Translations under genes and position numbers: made by a program
Part shown: in pieces, positions 45,771 to 54,176 of the stretch
Numbering within the stretch: position 1 is the first letter of the stretch
Layout: every line of letters begins with the position of its first letter
The notes under the pieces: generated by a model
Seen by the model: only the letters and a program-made list of their open reading frames with translations
The model's database searches: none
Told to the model about the DNA's origin: nothing
DNA from: an uncultured Acidimicrobiaceae bacterium
GTDB taxonomy: Bacteria; Actinomycetota; Acidimicrobiia; Spongiisociales; UBA5794
DNA length: 61,288 nucleotides
NCBI GenBank assembly: GCA_964632475.1
Contig: CAZWDQ010000003.1
Span: forward strand, 1-61,288
Direction: 5' to 3'

Positions 45771-46505
45771 CGTTTCCTCCTTGACCCACGTGCCTTCTCC
45801 ATTGTGAAACGAAGACCGCACGTGAATGGGAATGTTGTAGCGGATACCGACCTCGACGCTTCTCGGCATGAGAACACCAGCACCCGCATTGGCGAGTTCG
45901 AGCATCTCCTCGAACGTCACCTCGTCGAGTTTCACTGCCGTCGGCTCGACCCTGGGGTCGGCCGTGAACACACCGTCGACATCGGTGTAGATCTCGCACA
46001 GGTCGGCCCCAAGGGACGCGGCCAACGCGACAGCCGTTGCATCCGAGCCACCACGACCAAGGGTTGTCACGTCTTTGGAGTCGGGGCTGACACCCTGGAA
46101 ACCGGCGACGATCGCGACCTTGCCCTCGTCCAGGCTCTCCTGGACCCGGAACGCGCGGATGTCGACGATCTCTGCTCGTCCATGATCGGCAGTCGTCAAG
46201 ATCCCTGCCTGGGATCCCGTGAAACTGACCGCCGGAACGTCATGCGCCTCGATCGCCATCGCGACGAGCGCCATCGAGATTCGTTCGCCGGCGGTGAGGA
46301 GCATGTCCATCTCCCGCGGATGCGGAGTCTCGGAGATCTGGGTCGCGAGATCGACCAGTTCATCGGTTGACTTCCCCATCGCCGATACGACAACGACGAC
46401 GCTGTTCCCGGAACGGTACGTCTCGACCACTCGACAAGCGACCTTCCGAATCCGTTCGGCATCGGCGAGAGAAGTTCCGCCGAATTTCTGGACTACCAGT
46501 GCCAT
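45291..46505 (-). CDS. ask: aspartate kinase (alpha subunit)
   Basis: Motifs VVQKFGGTSL and LGRGGSD, with two C-terminal ACT domains. ATGA overlap with asd. Confidence 0.93.
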   Translation of the reverse strand: MALVVQKFGGTSLADAERIRKVACRVVETYRSGNSVVVVVSAMGKSTDELVDLATQISETPHPREMDMLLTAGERISMALVAMAIEAHDVPAVSFTGSQAGILTTADHGRAEIVDIRAFRVQESLDEGKVAIVAGFQGVSPDSKDVTTLGRGGSDATAVALAASLGADLCEIYTDVDGVFTADPRVEPTAVKLDEVTFEEMLELANAGAGVLMPRSVEVGIRYNIPIHVRSSFHNGEGTWVKEETMEEPIIRGIAHDDSGVKLTVYGVPDQPGIAAAVFEPMGAAGVNVDMIVQNVSSQGVTDISFTVPASSADMAVEIAERVAGEIGAIGVDLDRDISKITVVGAGMKSESGVAAKMFGILSRSGVNIEMISTSTIRISCVIRSEDTQAAIEALHRELIGERS

Positions 46506-46583
46506 AGGTCGCGAAGTGTAGGAGCCATCACCCTATCTACGGCGCTTGGGGCGTAGTCGGGGGTCGGGCGTAGCCTTCTGCCC

Positions 46584-47297
46584 ATGAAGCGTCTCCCCAT
46601 CGTCACCGCCGGCCTCGCCGCGGCTCTCGTCCTCGCCGCATGCGGTGGCTCCGAGCCGACCACCACCACCCTCCCCGAGGTGCCGCTTGAGATCGTCCCC
46701 AGCAGCTACATCCAGTTCAGGGGACAGCCGACCGCATGCGAAGCGGAAACGCCCGAACCGCTCTCTCCCATGGAGTTCGATGCTCCGGCCGACATGGGAC
46801 TCGATTCGTCCACGCCCGTTCACGTCACCATGTCGACTTCGTGCGGCGACATCGAGATCGAGCTCCAACCTGCGATCGCTCCCGAGGCGGTGAACTCCTT
46901 CGTGTTCCTCGCCACTGAGGGCTACTTCGATGGAACGGTGTTCCATCGCGTCATCCCCGGCTTCGTCGCTCAGGGTGGTGATCAGGCCGCGACCGGAACC
47001 GGCAGCCCCGGATACACCATCCCTGATGAGTTCCCGCCGCCTGGCGTGGGCTACGACCGCGGTGTCCTCGCGATGGCGAACGCCGGACCGGGGACGACGG
47101 GAAGCCAGTTCTTCATCGTGACCGAAGACACCGATCTACCCCCCCAGTTCACGATCTTCGGTCGCGTCGTGGATGGCTTCGACGTCCTCGAGCGTCTCCA
47201 GGAAGTCCCCCTCGGGGTTTCCCCGACGAGTCCCGACCCGGTCCCGAGCACACCTCTCAAGACGATCTACGTCACGAACATCACCGTCGACGGTTGA
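46584..47297 (+). CDS. cyclophilin-type peptidyl-prolyl isomerase lipoprotein
   Basis: Lipobox LVLAAC. Cyclophilin motifs FHRVIPGFVAQGGD and GTTGSQFFI. Confidence 0.88.
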   Translation: MKRLPIVTAGLAAALVLAACGGSEPTTTTLPEVPLEIVPSSYIQFRGQPTACEAETPEPLSPMEFDAPADMGLDSSTPVHVTMSTSCGDIEIELQPAIAPEAVNSFVFLATEGYFDGTVFHRVIPGFVAQGGDQAATGTGSPGYTIPDEFPPPGVGYDRGVLAMANAGPGTTGSQFFIVTEDTDLPPQFTIFGRVVDGFDVLERLQEVPLGVSPTSPDPVPSTPLKTIYVTNITVDG

Positions 47298-47341
47298 ACG
47301 AGCCACGTCAGCCAACCCACGCCCGTCGAGTCTGCGAACGG

Positions 47342-47545
47342 CTACACGATCGATGCGGTGATCCCGGCGGCCGTCTGATCCGAGGCTCCAAGAGCACCCG
47401 TGATCCCCGCGCGATCGGAGATTCCCTGGACAGAACTCCAGTTCAAGAGCTTCTCGATGAGCGTGCGAATCCACTTGAGAATCCATCGTCCGATGATGAG
47501 AACAGGCAGCGCTACGAGGATGCGCGGCAGCCATTCGGCGATCAC
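47342..47545 (-). CDS. small membrane protein with a 'conserved TM helix' (MscS N-terminal-like) motif
   Basis: 67 aa with a GTG start (first start after the in-frame TGA). WLPRILVALPVLIIGRWILKWIRTLIEKLL resembles the TM_helix repeat. It could be a gene remnant. Confidence 0.4.
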   Translation of the reverse strand: MIAEWLPRILVALPVLIIGRWILKWIRTLIEKLLNWSSVQGISDRAGITGALGASDQTAAGITASIV

Positions 47546-47717
47546 CGTCCCCAGGCTCTCGAACTCGGCAACTCATTGGCCCCAGAAGGACATTGTTCCT
47601 CACTCCCTTTCATGTGTCGAGCGAGGGTCAGCCGAATCCGAACATCCCCTGGCCCCGGTGCGCATGCTGAGTAGACACGAGTTTCGGTCTCTCTTGCAGT
47701 CATGTAGCCTTCCGTAG

Positions 47718-47882
47718 ATGGCAACGGACAAGCGAGACCGTCAGCGAGCGAACCGGGCTGAGAAACAGGCTGCCGAGGCGAAGGCCGCACGGCGCCGGCA
47801 CATCTTCGCCCTCGTCAAGAAGTATGCGGGATACGCGGCGCTCATCGTTGTCGCTCTTCTCATCATCACGTTTCTGACTTGA
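47718..47882 (+). CDS. 54-aa tail-anchored small protein (below the ORF-track cutoff)
   Basis: Hand translation: MATDKRDRQRANRAEKQAAEAKAARRRHIFALVKKYAGYAALIVVALLIITFLT*. The stop lies 4 nt before the PHP gene start. Confidence 0.35.
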   Translation: MATDKRDRQRANRAEKQAAEAKAARRRHIFALVKKYAGYAALIVVALLIITFLT

Positions 47883-47886
47883 CGCC

Positions 47887-48726
47887 TTGGCGGTCGACCT
47901 CCACCTCCACTCGAACGCATCCGATGGGACCGACGCTCCTGGAGTCGTAGTGCAAAAGGCCGCTGCCGCTCATCTCACAGCGATCGCCCTGACCGATCAC
48001 GACACACTCTCCGGGATCCCCGAGGCGCAAGCTGTGGCCGACGGACTCCCTATCGAACTGATCCCCGGCGTCGAACTCTCGGTCGATCACGACGGTGTGA
48101 AGATCCACATGCTCGCCTACTTCCTCGAACCGAAGCCCGGGCCACTCCAGGATCGTCTCGAGATGCTGCGTGCTGGACGCGTTGTCAGGAACGAGAAGAT
48201 CGTCGAGACTCTCAACCGACTCGGCTACGCGATCACGATGCAAGACGTATACCGGTGCTCCGCCGGTGACGCCGTCGGTCGACCCCACATCGCGGACGCG
48301 CTCGTGGCGGCGGGGATGGTCGTCGACCGATCGGAGGCTTTCCGTGATCTGCTCGGCGACGGCGGCCTCGCGTACGCCGAGCGTGATCGCCTGACCGCGA
48401 CCGAGGCGATCATTCTCGCGACTGAGTCCGGAGGTGTGACCTCGATCGCCCACCCGTTGATGATCGATCCCGGCGATTCGTCGTTGCGGTCCATCTTCGA
48501 GGATCTCCGCACTGTCGGACTCGCCGGCATCGAGGCGTACTACTCCGAACACCCGCCGCATGTCCGCGCCCAACTCGCGGGCGTTGCCGCCGAACTCGGT
48601 CTCGTGGCCACCGGAGGATCCGACTGCCACGGGACCGGAAAGCCGGGTCTCGAGATTGGCACGGGTCGCGGCGACCTCGTCGTCCCGGATACGGCCCTCG
48701 AGGAACTGCGGGCACGAAAGCCATAA
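47887..48726 (+). CDS. PHP domain metal-dependent phosphoesterase (TrpH/YciV-like)
   Basis: TTG start. Motifs VDLHLHSNASDG and ALTDHDT. Confidence 0.85.
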   Translation: MAVDLHLHSNASDGTDAPGVVVQKAAAAHLTAIALTDHDTLSGIPEAQAVADGLPIELIPGVELSVDHDGVKIHMLAYFLEPKPGPLQDRLEMLRAGRVVRNEKIVETLNRLGYAITMQDVYRCSAGDAVGRPHIADALVAAGMVVDRSEAFRDLLGDGGLAYAERDRLTATEAIILATESGGVTSIAHPLMIDPGDSSLRSIFEDLRTVGLAGIEAYYSEHPPHVRAQLAGVAAELGLVATGGSDCHGTGKPGLEIGTGRGDLVVPDTALEELRARKP

Positions 48727-48784
48727 CAGGTCAACAACCCGCTGTTCGCGGCCGATACACCCATCAGAGCACGAAAGGGTTCTG

Positions 48785-50077
48785 GTGATTCCACACCTAT
48801 CGGCGGGTCGTCCACCGATCGAATACGGTACGGTCCGCAGCTCATTACACGGAGCTCGCGCCGTCACTGCTGCCGTCATCGGTGTCGTTGCGGTGCTCTT
48901 CGCCTCGGTCGGGTCTGCGGTCTACACGATCCCGTATGCCATCGGTGCGTTGATCGTCTTCGCCGACGCTCTCTACCGGCGAACACGAGGAGACTCCGCT
49001 GCTCCTTCGCTCTTCATCGACATCACCGTCATCGGATCCGCGATGGTCATCGGCGGAGCGACCCCATCGGTAGAGGTCGCCGCACTCGCATACGGCATCG
49101 CTGCGATCTCCCTCCTCCTTCCTGCCCGGCAAACAGGAATCCTGATGATCTATGCGCTCGGCTGGGCCGCTGCCATCATCGCGATGGGCGGATCCGGTCT
49201 CACCTCGGCCTCGGACCGCGGCGCGTTCGATGGCTTCTTGACGGTCGTGCTACTCATCGACGTTGCAACGCTCATGTCCGGAGCCACCCGCATCTTGCTG
49301 CGGGCCCAGGACCGGCAGCAGGAGCTCCTCGAACAGGAACGCCGGACCGTCGAGGTCAAGAACGAGTTCGTCTCGATGGTGTCCCACGAGCTTCGCACGC
49401 CGATCACCGGCGTCTCGGGCTTCGCCGAGACCCTCCGAGAGCACTGGCGTGATTTGCCGCCGTCGGAGGTTGACGAATTCCTCACCATCCTCCACAGCGA
49501 GTCGGATCATCTCGCGAATCTCGTCGAAGACATCCTCGTCATCCCGCGACTCGATGCCGGACAACTCCGCTTCCACCTCGAACAGGTCGGTGTCTCCGAG
49601 ATCGCCGAGTCGGTCGCCGAGATGGTCCTCGACGACTCGACCACGGCGGAGGTCGACCTGCCCGTCTATGTGCGCGTGTGGTCGGATCCGGTCCGGCTCC
49701 GGCAGATCCTGCGGAACCTGATGGAGAACGCGCGCAAGTACGGAGGCAACGAGATCTACGTCTACGGTGAGGAACGCCGCGAAGGGACGTACACCGTGAT
49801 CGTGGCGGACAACGGTGCCGGTATCGCCGAAGCCGATCATCAGCGCATCTTCGAGCACTTCGAACAGCTCTCCAAAGGTGACGCCAGGCTCGAGCAAGGG
49901 GTTGGACTCGGCCTGCCGATCGCACGGAAGCTCGCACGAGCCATGGGAGGGGATCTCTGGTACGAGGGCCGCTTCCCCGTCGGAGCGGCGTTCTGCTTCG
50001 ATGTCGACATGGTGAAGGATGCGGAGAGGAAATCCCCCTCGGATCAGGTTGAGGTCGAGGTAGGGGCAGACCGGTAA
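48785..50077 (+). CDS. membrane sensor histidine kinase
   Basis: ORF 48560..50077 trimmed to the in-frame GTG at 48785, past the PHP gene. Multi-TM N-terminus, H-box VSHELRTPIT, N/G boxes NLMENARKYG and DNGAGI. No adjacent cognate regulator. Confidence 0.85.
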   Translation: MIPHLSAGRPPIEYGTVRSSLHGARAVTAAVIGVVAVLFASVGSAVYTIPYAIGALIVFADALYRRTRGDSAAPSLFIDITVIGSAMVIGGATPSVEVAALAYGIAAISLLLPARQTGILMIYALGWAAAIIAMGGSGLTSASDRGAFDGFLTVVLLIDVATLMSGATRILLRAQDRQQELLEQERRTVEVKNEFVSMVSHELRTPITGVSGFAETLREHWRDLPPSEVDEFLTILHSESDHLANLVEDILVIPRLDAGQLRFHLEQVGVSEIAESVAEMVLDDSTTAEVDLPVYVRVWSDPVRLRQILRNLMENARKYGGNEIYVYGEERREGTYTVIVADNGAGIAEADHQRIFEHFEQLSKGDARLEQGVGLGLPIARKLARAMGGDLWYEGRFPVGAAFCFDVDMVKDAERKSPSDQVEVEVGADR

Positions 50078-50086
50078 CCTCACCGC

Positions 50087-50494
50087 ATGCTCCCGTACAA
50101 CATCGATCACGTGGCTATCGCCGTTCATGATCTCGACGCATCGCTCGCAGACATGAAATCCCAGTACGGATCCGAACCCGTGTCCCGCGAGATCGTCGAG
50201 TCACAGGGCGTCGAAGAGGCCATGGTCCCGCTCGGTGGATCGAACGTCCAACTGCTTCAGCCGCTGACGCCCGAGTCGGCTGTCGGACGCTTCCTGGCAA
50301 AGAGGGGCGAGGGAATGCACCACATCGCGTTCGCCGTCCCGGATATCGACGCCGCTATCGAGCATCTTGCATCCACCGGCGCCCGCATGATCGACACCGA
50401 AGCTCGCATCGGTGGGGGTGGCCACCGCATCGCATTCGTTCATCCGAGCGCGTTCGCCGGTACGCTGGTGGAACTCGTTGAAGGAGCGACGTGA
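50087..50494 (+). CDS. mce: methylmalonyl-CoA epimerase (VOC family)
   Basis: Motifs IDHVAIAV and GEGMHHIAF..FVHP..G.LVELVE. Confidence 0.88.
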   Translation: MLPYNIDHVAIAVHDLDASLADMKSQYGSEPVSREIVESQGVEEAMVPLGGSNVQLLQPLTPESAVGRFLAKRGEGMHHIAFAVPDIDAAIEHLASTGARMIDTEARIGGGGHRIAFVHPSAFAGTLVELVEGAT

Positions 50495-50724
50495 CCAGAA
50501 TCACCTCCATCAGAGGAGGCGCAGCCCCATGGACGGCTGCCGCCATCGCTGCCACAATCGCTCACCTCGAGGACGCTGAGGCAGAAACCAAGGCGACCCG
50601 GCCACCGGTCCCGCGCCCCAGCCACTGGGTCCAATCGAACCGACCACGCGAAGCCCAGACCCCCCTTCCGTCGCACCTCTACGACACAACCCCGTGGTCC
50701 GATCTCGGTGACTCCGCCGAGTAG
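50491..50724 (+). CDS. small protein resembling an acyl-CoA carboxylase epsilon subunit
   Basis: GTGA overlap with the mce stop, and AAGGAG 4 nt upstream. The pattern IRGG..P.TAAAIAATIA....RPP..RPSHW resembles AccE/PccE as I recall it. Confidence 0.5.
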   Translation: MTRITSIRGGAAPWTAAAIAATIAHLEDAEAETKATRPPVPRPSHWVQSNRPREAQTPLPSHLYDTTPWSDLGDSAE

Positions 50725-50787
50725 GAAGAGCCGAACGGCCCGAATTTCGACGGGTACCATCGTGGGGAACGCCACGAAAGGGCTGCC

Positions 50788-51963
50788 ATGGCTACGGTCA
50801 TCTCCTCGATCGCCAGAACCCCCATCGGTAGATTCCGGGGCGGTTTCACATCACTCACAGCGATGGATCTCGGCGGATTCGCAATCGCCGCGGCACTCGA
50901 TCGAGCCGGTCTCACCGGCGACCAGATCGACGAGGTTCTCTTCGGCCACGTGATCCAGTCCGGCCAGGGACAGATCACCTCGAGGCAAGCAGCGTTCAAA
51001 GGCGGCATCCCGTTGACGGTTCCATCGACCACGATCGACAAGGTTTGCCTCTCGGGCATGGCCTCGATCGGAGACGCGGATCTTCGGATCAGGGCAGGAG
51101 AGTCCAGAGTCGTGATGACCGGTGGCATGGAATCGATGACCAATGCCCCACACGTTCTTCCCGGAGCGCGTTTCGGTTTCGGATACGGTGACGCCGCGTT
51201 GGTCGATACCCTCAATCAGGACGGACTGATGTGTGCATTCGACAATGTGCTGATGGGCCAGTCGACGGACGAGAGAAACGCCGAATTCGGAGTGAACCGA
51301 TCTGAACAAGATGAGTGGTCTGCCGAGAGCCATACACGCGCCATCGCAGCAACAGAATCCGGTGCGTTCAATGACGAGATCATCCCTGTTTCGGTGCCAC
51401 AGCGGCGGGGCGGCCCAATCCTGATCGAACACGACGAGGGCATGCGCCCGGGCACCACCGTCGAATCGCTTGGGAACCTCCGTCCGGCGTTCGTCAAGGA
51501 TGGATCGGTGACCGCCGGCAACGCGTCACAGATCTCCGACGGAGCTGCTGCGCTCGTCGTTGCCGACCGAGATGCGGCCGAAGAGTCGGGAATGCCGATC
51601 GTCGCCGAGATTCTCGCCTATGGGCAGGCGGCCGGGCCGGACACCAGTCTGCATTCACGACCCGCGGAGGCCATGATGGTCGCCCTTGACCGGGCCAGCC
51701 TCAAGCCATCGGATCTCGACCTCGCCGAAATCAACGAAGCCTTCGCAGCTGTGTCAATCCACTCATCGAAGAAGCTCGGCATCCCCTTCGACCGCGTGAA
51801 TGTCAATGGTGGCGCCATCGCCCTCGGACATCCTCTCGGCGCATCCGGGGCACGGATCGTCGTAACGCTGATCAGCGCTCTTCGGGCTCGCGGCGGAGGA
51901 ATCGGCGGTGCCGCCCTCTGCGGTGGCGGCGGTCAGGGCGATGCCCTGATCGTGAGGGTGTGA
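50788..51963 (+). CDS. acetyl-CoA C-acetyltransferase (thiolase II)
   Basis: Motifs IDKVCLSGM (active Cys), NVNGGAIALGHPLGASG and LCGGGG. Confidence 0.92.
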   Translation: MATVISSIARTPIGRFRGGFTSLTAMDLGGFAIAAALDRAGLTGDQIDEVLFGHVIQSGQGQITSRQAAFKGGIPLTVPSTTIDKVCLSGMASIGDADLRIRAGESRVVMTGGMESMTNAPHVLPGARFGFGYGDAALVDTLNQDGLMCAFDNVLMGQSTDERNAEFGVNRSEQDEWSAESHTRAIAATESGAFNDEIIPVSVPQRRGGPILIEHDEGMRPGTTVESLGNLRPAFVKDGSVTAGNASQISDGAAALVVADRDAAEESGMPIVAEILAYGQAAGPDTSLHSRPAEAMMVALDRASLKPSDLDLAEINEAFAAVSIHSSKKLGIPFDRVNVNGGAIALGHPLGASGARIVVTLISALRARGGGIGGAALCGGGGQGDALIVRV

Positions 51964-52955
51964 TGGCGATCTTGATGGACCAACCCGCAGACCGGAATCT
52001 GGCCCTCGAACTTACGCGGGTCACAGAGGCGGCCGCCATCGCAGCAGCGAAGTGGCAGGGCCGAGGAGACAAGAACAGCGTCGACCAGGCCGCCGTCGAC
52101 GCCATGCGGCACATGCTTTCGACCGTGGACGTCGACGGCACCGTCATCATCGGCGAAGGCGAGAAGGACGAAGCCCCGATGCTCTTCAACGGCGAGATCG
52201 TCGGAAACGGGCGAGATCCGAAGATGGATATCGCCGTCGATCCTGTCGACGGAACCCGTCTCAGCGCCCTCGGCATGCCGGGAGCACTCGCAGTCATTGC
52301 CATGGCCGACCGCGGCTCCATGTACGCACCGGGGTCGCTCGTCTACATGGACAAGATCGCCGTCGGGGAAGAGGCCGCGGGGATGGTCGACATCAACGCC
52401 CCGGTCGCACACAATCTCCGACAGGTGGCGAAGGCGAAGGGCAAGGACGTCGAGGAAGTAACGGCGGTCATCCTCGACCGACCCCGGAACGAGGAGATCA
52501 TCAGACGGGTTCGCGCCGTGGGCGGACGTATCGCTCTCATTGGAGACGGAGACATCTCCGGAGCTATCTCGACCGCCAAGAGTGACAGCGGGATCGACGT
52601 TCTGCTCGGAATTGGCGGCTCACCCGAGGCTGTCACGGCAGCGTGTGCCATGGCAGCCCTGCATGGGGAAATCCAGTGCAAGCTATGGCCTCGTGACGAG
52701 AGCGAACGGCAATACGCAATTGAGAACAACCTTGACCTCGACCAGGTCCTCACGACCCGTGATCTCGTCGATTCGGACAACACATTCTTCGCCGCGACCG
52801 GTGTGACGTCCGGTTCGATGCTCCGGGGCATCCACTTCTACGGGAACCGCGTGGAGACCCACTCGGTCGTGATGAGATCGAACTCGGGAACGGTTCGGTA
52901 CATCGAGAGCGTCCACCATCTCGACTGGCTCGACGAAGTCCGTGTGATTGACTGA
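51963..52955 (+). CDS. glpX: class II fructose-1,6-bisphosphatase
   Basis: LELTRVTEAAAIAAAKWQGRGDKN is GlpX-typical. The start is ATG at 51963 (TGATG overlap) or GTG at 51960. Confidence 0.92.
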   Translation: MAILMDQPADRNLALELTRVTEAAAIAAAKWQGRGDKNSVDQAAVDAMRHMLSTVDVDGTVIIGEGEKDEAPMLFNGEIVGNGRDPKMDIAVDPVDGTRLSALGMPGALAVIAMADRGSMYAPGSLVYMDKIAVGEEAAGMVDINAPVAHNLRQVAKAKGKDVEEVTAVILDRPRNEEIIRRVRAVGGRIALIGDGDISGAISTAKSDSGIDVLLGIGGSPEAVTAACAMAALHGEIQCKLWPRDESERQYAIENNLDLDQVLTTRDLVDSDNTFFAATGVTSGSMLRGIHFYGNRVETHSVVMRSNSGTVRYIESVHHLDWLDEVRVID

Positions 52956-52975
52956 TCGACCCGACTGCTTCGGAT

Positions 52976-53057
52976 GTAGTCCGTAGTCCGGGAAGCACCG
53001 GACCTGCCGGTAGCTGGTAGCTGGTAGCTCGTGGCTGGCAGCTGGCAGCTGGCCGCT
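52976..53057. repeat. heptanucleotide tandem arrays: GTAGTCC x2 (52976-52989) and GGYAGCT-type x7 (53009-53057)
   Basis: Read directly: ggtagct ggtagct ggtagct cgtggct ggcagct ggcagct ggccgct. They lie between the convergent glpX stop (52955) and the DUF3524 gene stop (53056-53058). Confidence 0.9.
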
Positions 53058-54153
53058 ACATCCCTGCCAAACGTTCGAGCGTCTCGTCGTACAGCGGGGC
53101 CACAACAGACCAGTCGTACTGCTGGACGGTCTTCGCTAGTTCGGTTGCGATCGCTGCTGCCTCTTTGCCGTGGTCGATTGCCCACTGGACCTTCTCGACC
53201 AGATCGTCGCGCCCTTCGTAGAGACATGTCCCATGGCGGGCTTCTGGTATTCGATCGGGATAGACGAGACGCGCGGGGAGAATCGGGAAGGCGCCAGCCG
53301 CCATCGCTTCCACGACGGCGATACCGAAGAACTCGTGGCGGGCCGTCGAGACAACGATGTCGGCACGTCGCAGCAGATCGGTGTACTCGTCGTCGGGGAG
53401 GAACCCGAACACGACAAGTCGGTCGCCGAGGATGTCGGGCAATCGGTCGAAGGAATCCGGCGCCGACACAAACCGCTCACCAACCACAGCGACCATGAAG
53501 TCGGAGTTCCGGGAGATGAGTGCCTCGATCAGCTCGACGAACTCGTCGGGTCCCTTGTCGTGCTCCCATCGCTGATTCCAGAGGATGAGGGGAGGGTCGG
53601 ATGGCTGCGGTCTCGGCGCCGCTGCGATTCGGGCGACGTCGACCCCGACCGGCAGTACGATCGATCGGTCCGCTACGTCGTGCACCAGGGTTCCGTGCCG
53701 ATGGTCGGGGAACTGTCGGAGGAACCGTTCCGCCTCCTCGAAGAAGAGCGAGCGGTGGAACTCGGAGTTGAAGATCGGGAGGTCCGCCGCAGCCGCACTC
53801 GACCAGTTCACCATCGGGTACGTCAGGTCGGGTCGGTCGAGCGGGGAGAGTGGGTAGGAGAACTGGTTCTCGTGGAAGTAGACCCCGACCGGTGCGCCGT
53901 CGATCGTGTTGCGGGCGGCACCCATGAACGACCCAACGCTCATCATCGACGAAGCGAGCACGACATCGGGCGGTGTGTCGAGCGCGTCGGCCGTGTCGAG
54001 CGCCAGCGTCAGATGGGCACCGTGCATCCGCCACTTCCAGAACCTGGCCTCATGCGTGATGAGGGTCACTTCATGTGCGCTGTTGTCCCTGTAGCCGTCT
54101 GCCCACGCCCGATGGGAACCGCCGTAGTAGGGCTCGACGAGGAGGATCTTCAC
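53056..54153 (-). CDS. DUF3524-type glycosyltransferase, homolog of eukaryotic tRNA-queuosine alpha-mannosyltransferase (GTDC1/QTMAN)
   Basis: MKILLVEPYYGGSH, YFHENQFSYP, FPDHRHG, WNQRWEHDKGPDEF, STARHEFFGIAVVEAMAAG and LVYPDRIP match the GTDC1/DUF3524 signature blocks as I recall them. Confidence 0.8.
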   Translation of the reverse strand: MKILLVEPYYGGSHRAWADGYRDNSAHEVTLITHEARFWKWRMHGAHLTLALDTADALDTPPDVVLASSMMSVGSFMGAARNTIDGAPVGVYFHENQFSYPLSPLDRPDLTYPMVNWSSAAAADLPIFNSEFHRSLFFEEAERFLRQFPDHRHGTLVHDVADRSIVLPVGVDVARIAAAPRPQPSDPPLILWNQRWEHDKGPDEFVELIEALISRNSDFMVAVVGERFVSAPDSFDRLPDILGDRLVVFGFLPDDEYTDLLRRADIVVSTARHEFFGIAVVEAMAAGAFPILPARLVYPDRIPEARHGTCLYEGRDDLVEKVQWAIDHGKEAAAIATELAKTVQQYDWSVVAPLYDETLERLAGM

Positions 54154-54176
54154 CCTCGGGACATTAGATGTCGTGC

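Noticed and set aside
52976-53057. Heptamer arrays considered as a CRISPR array or as coding repeats.
   Set aside because: The 7-nt units have no spacers, so this is not a CRISPR. The period is not a multiple of three, and only shadow ORFs cross the arrays.
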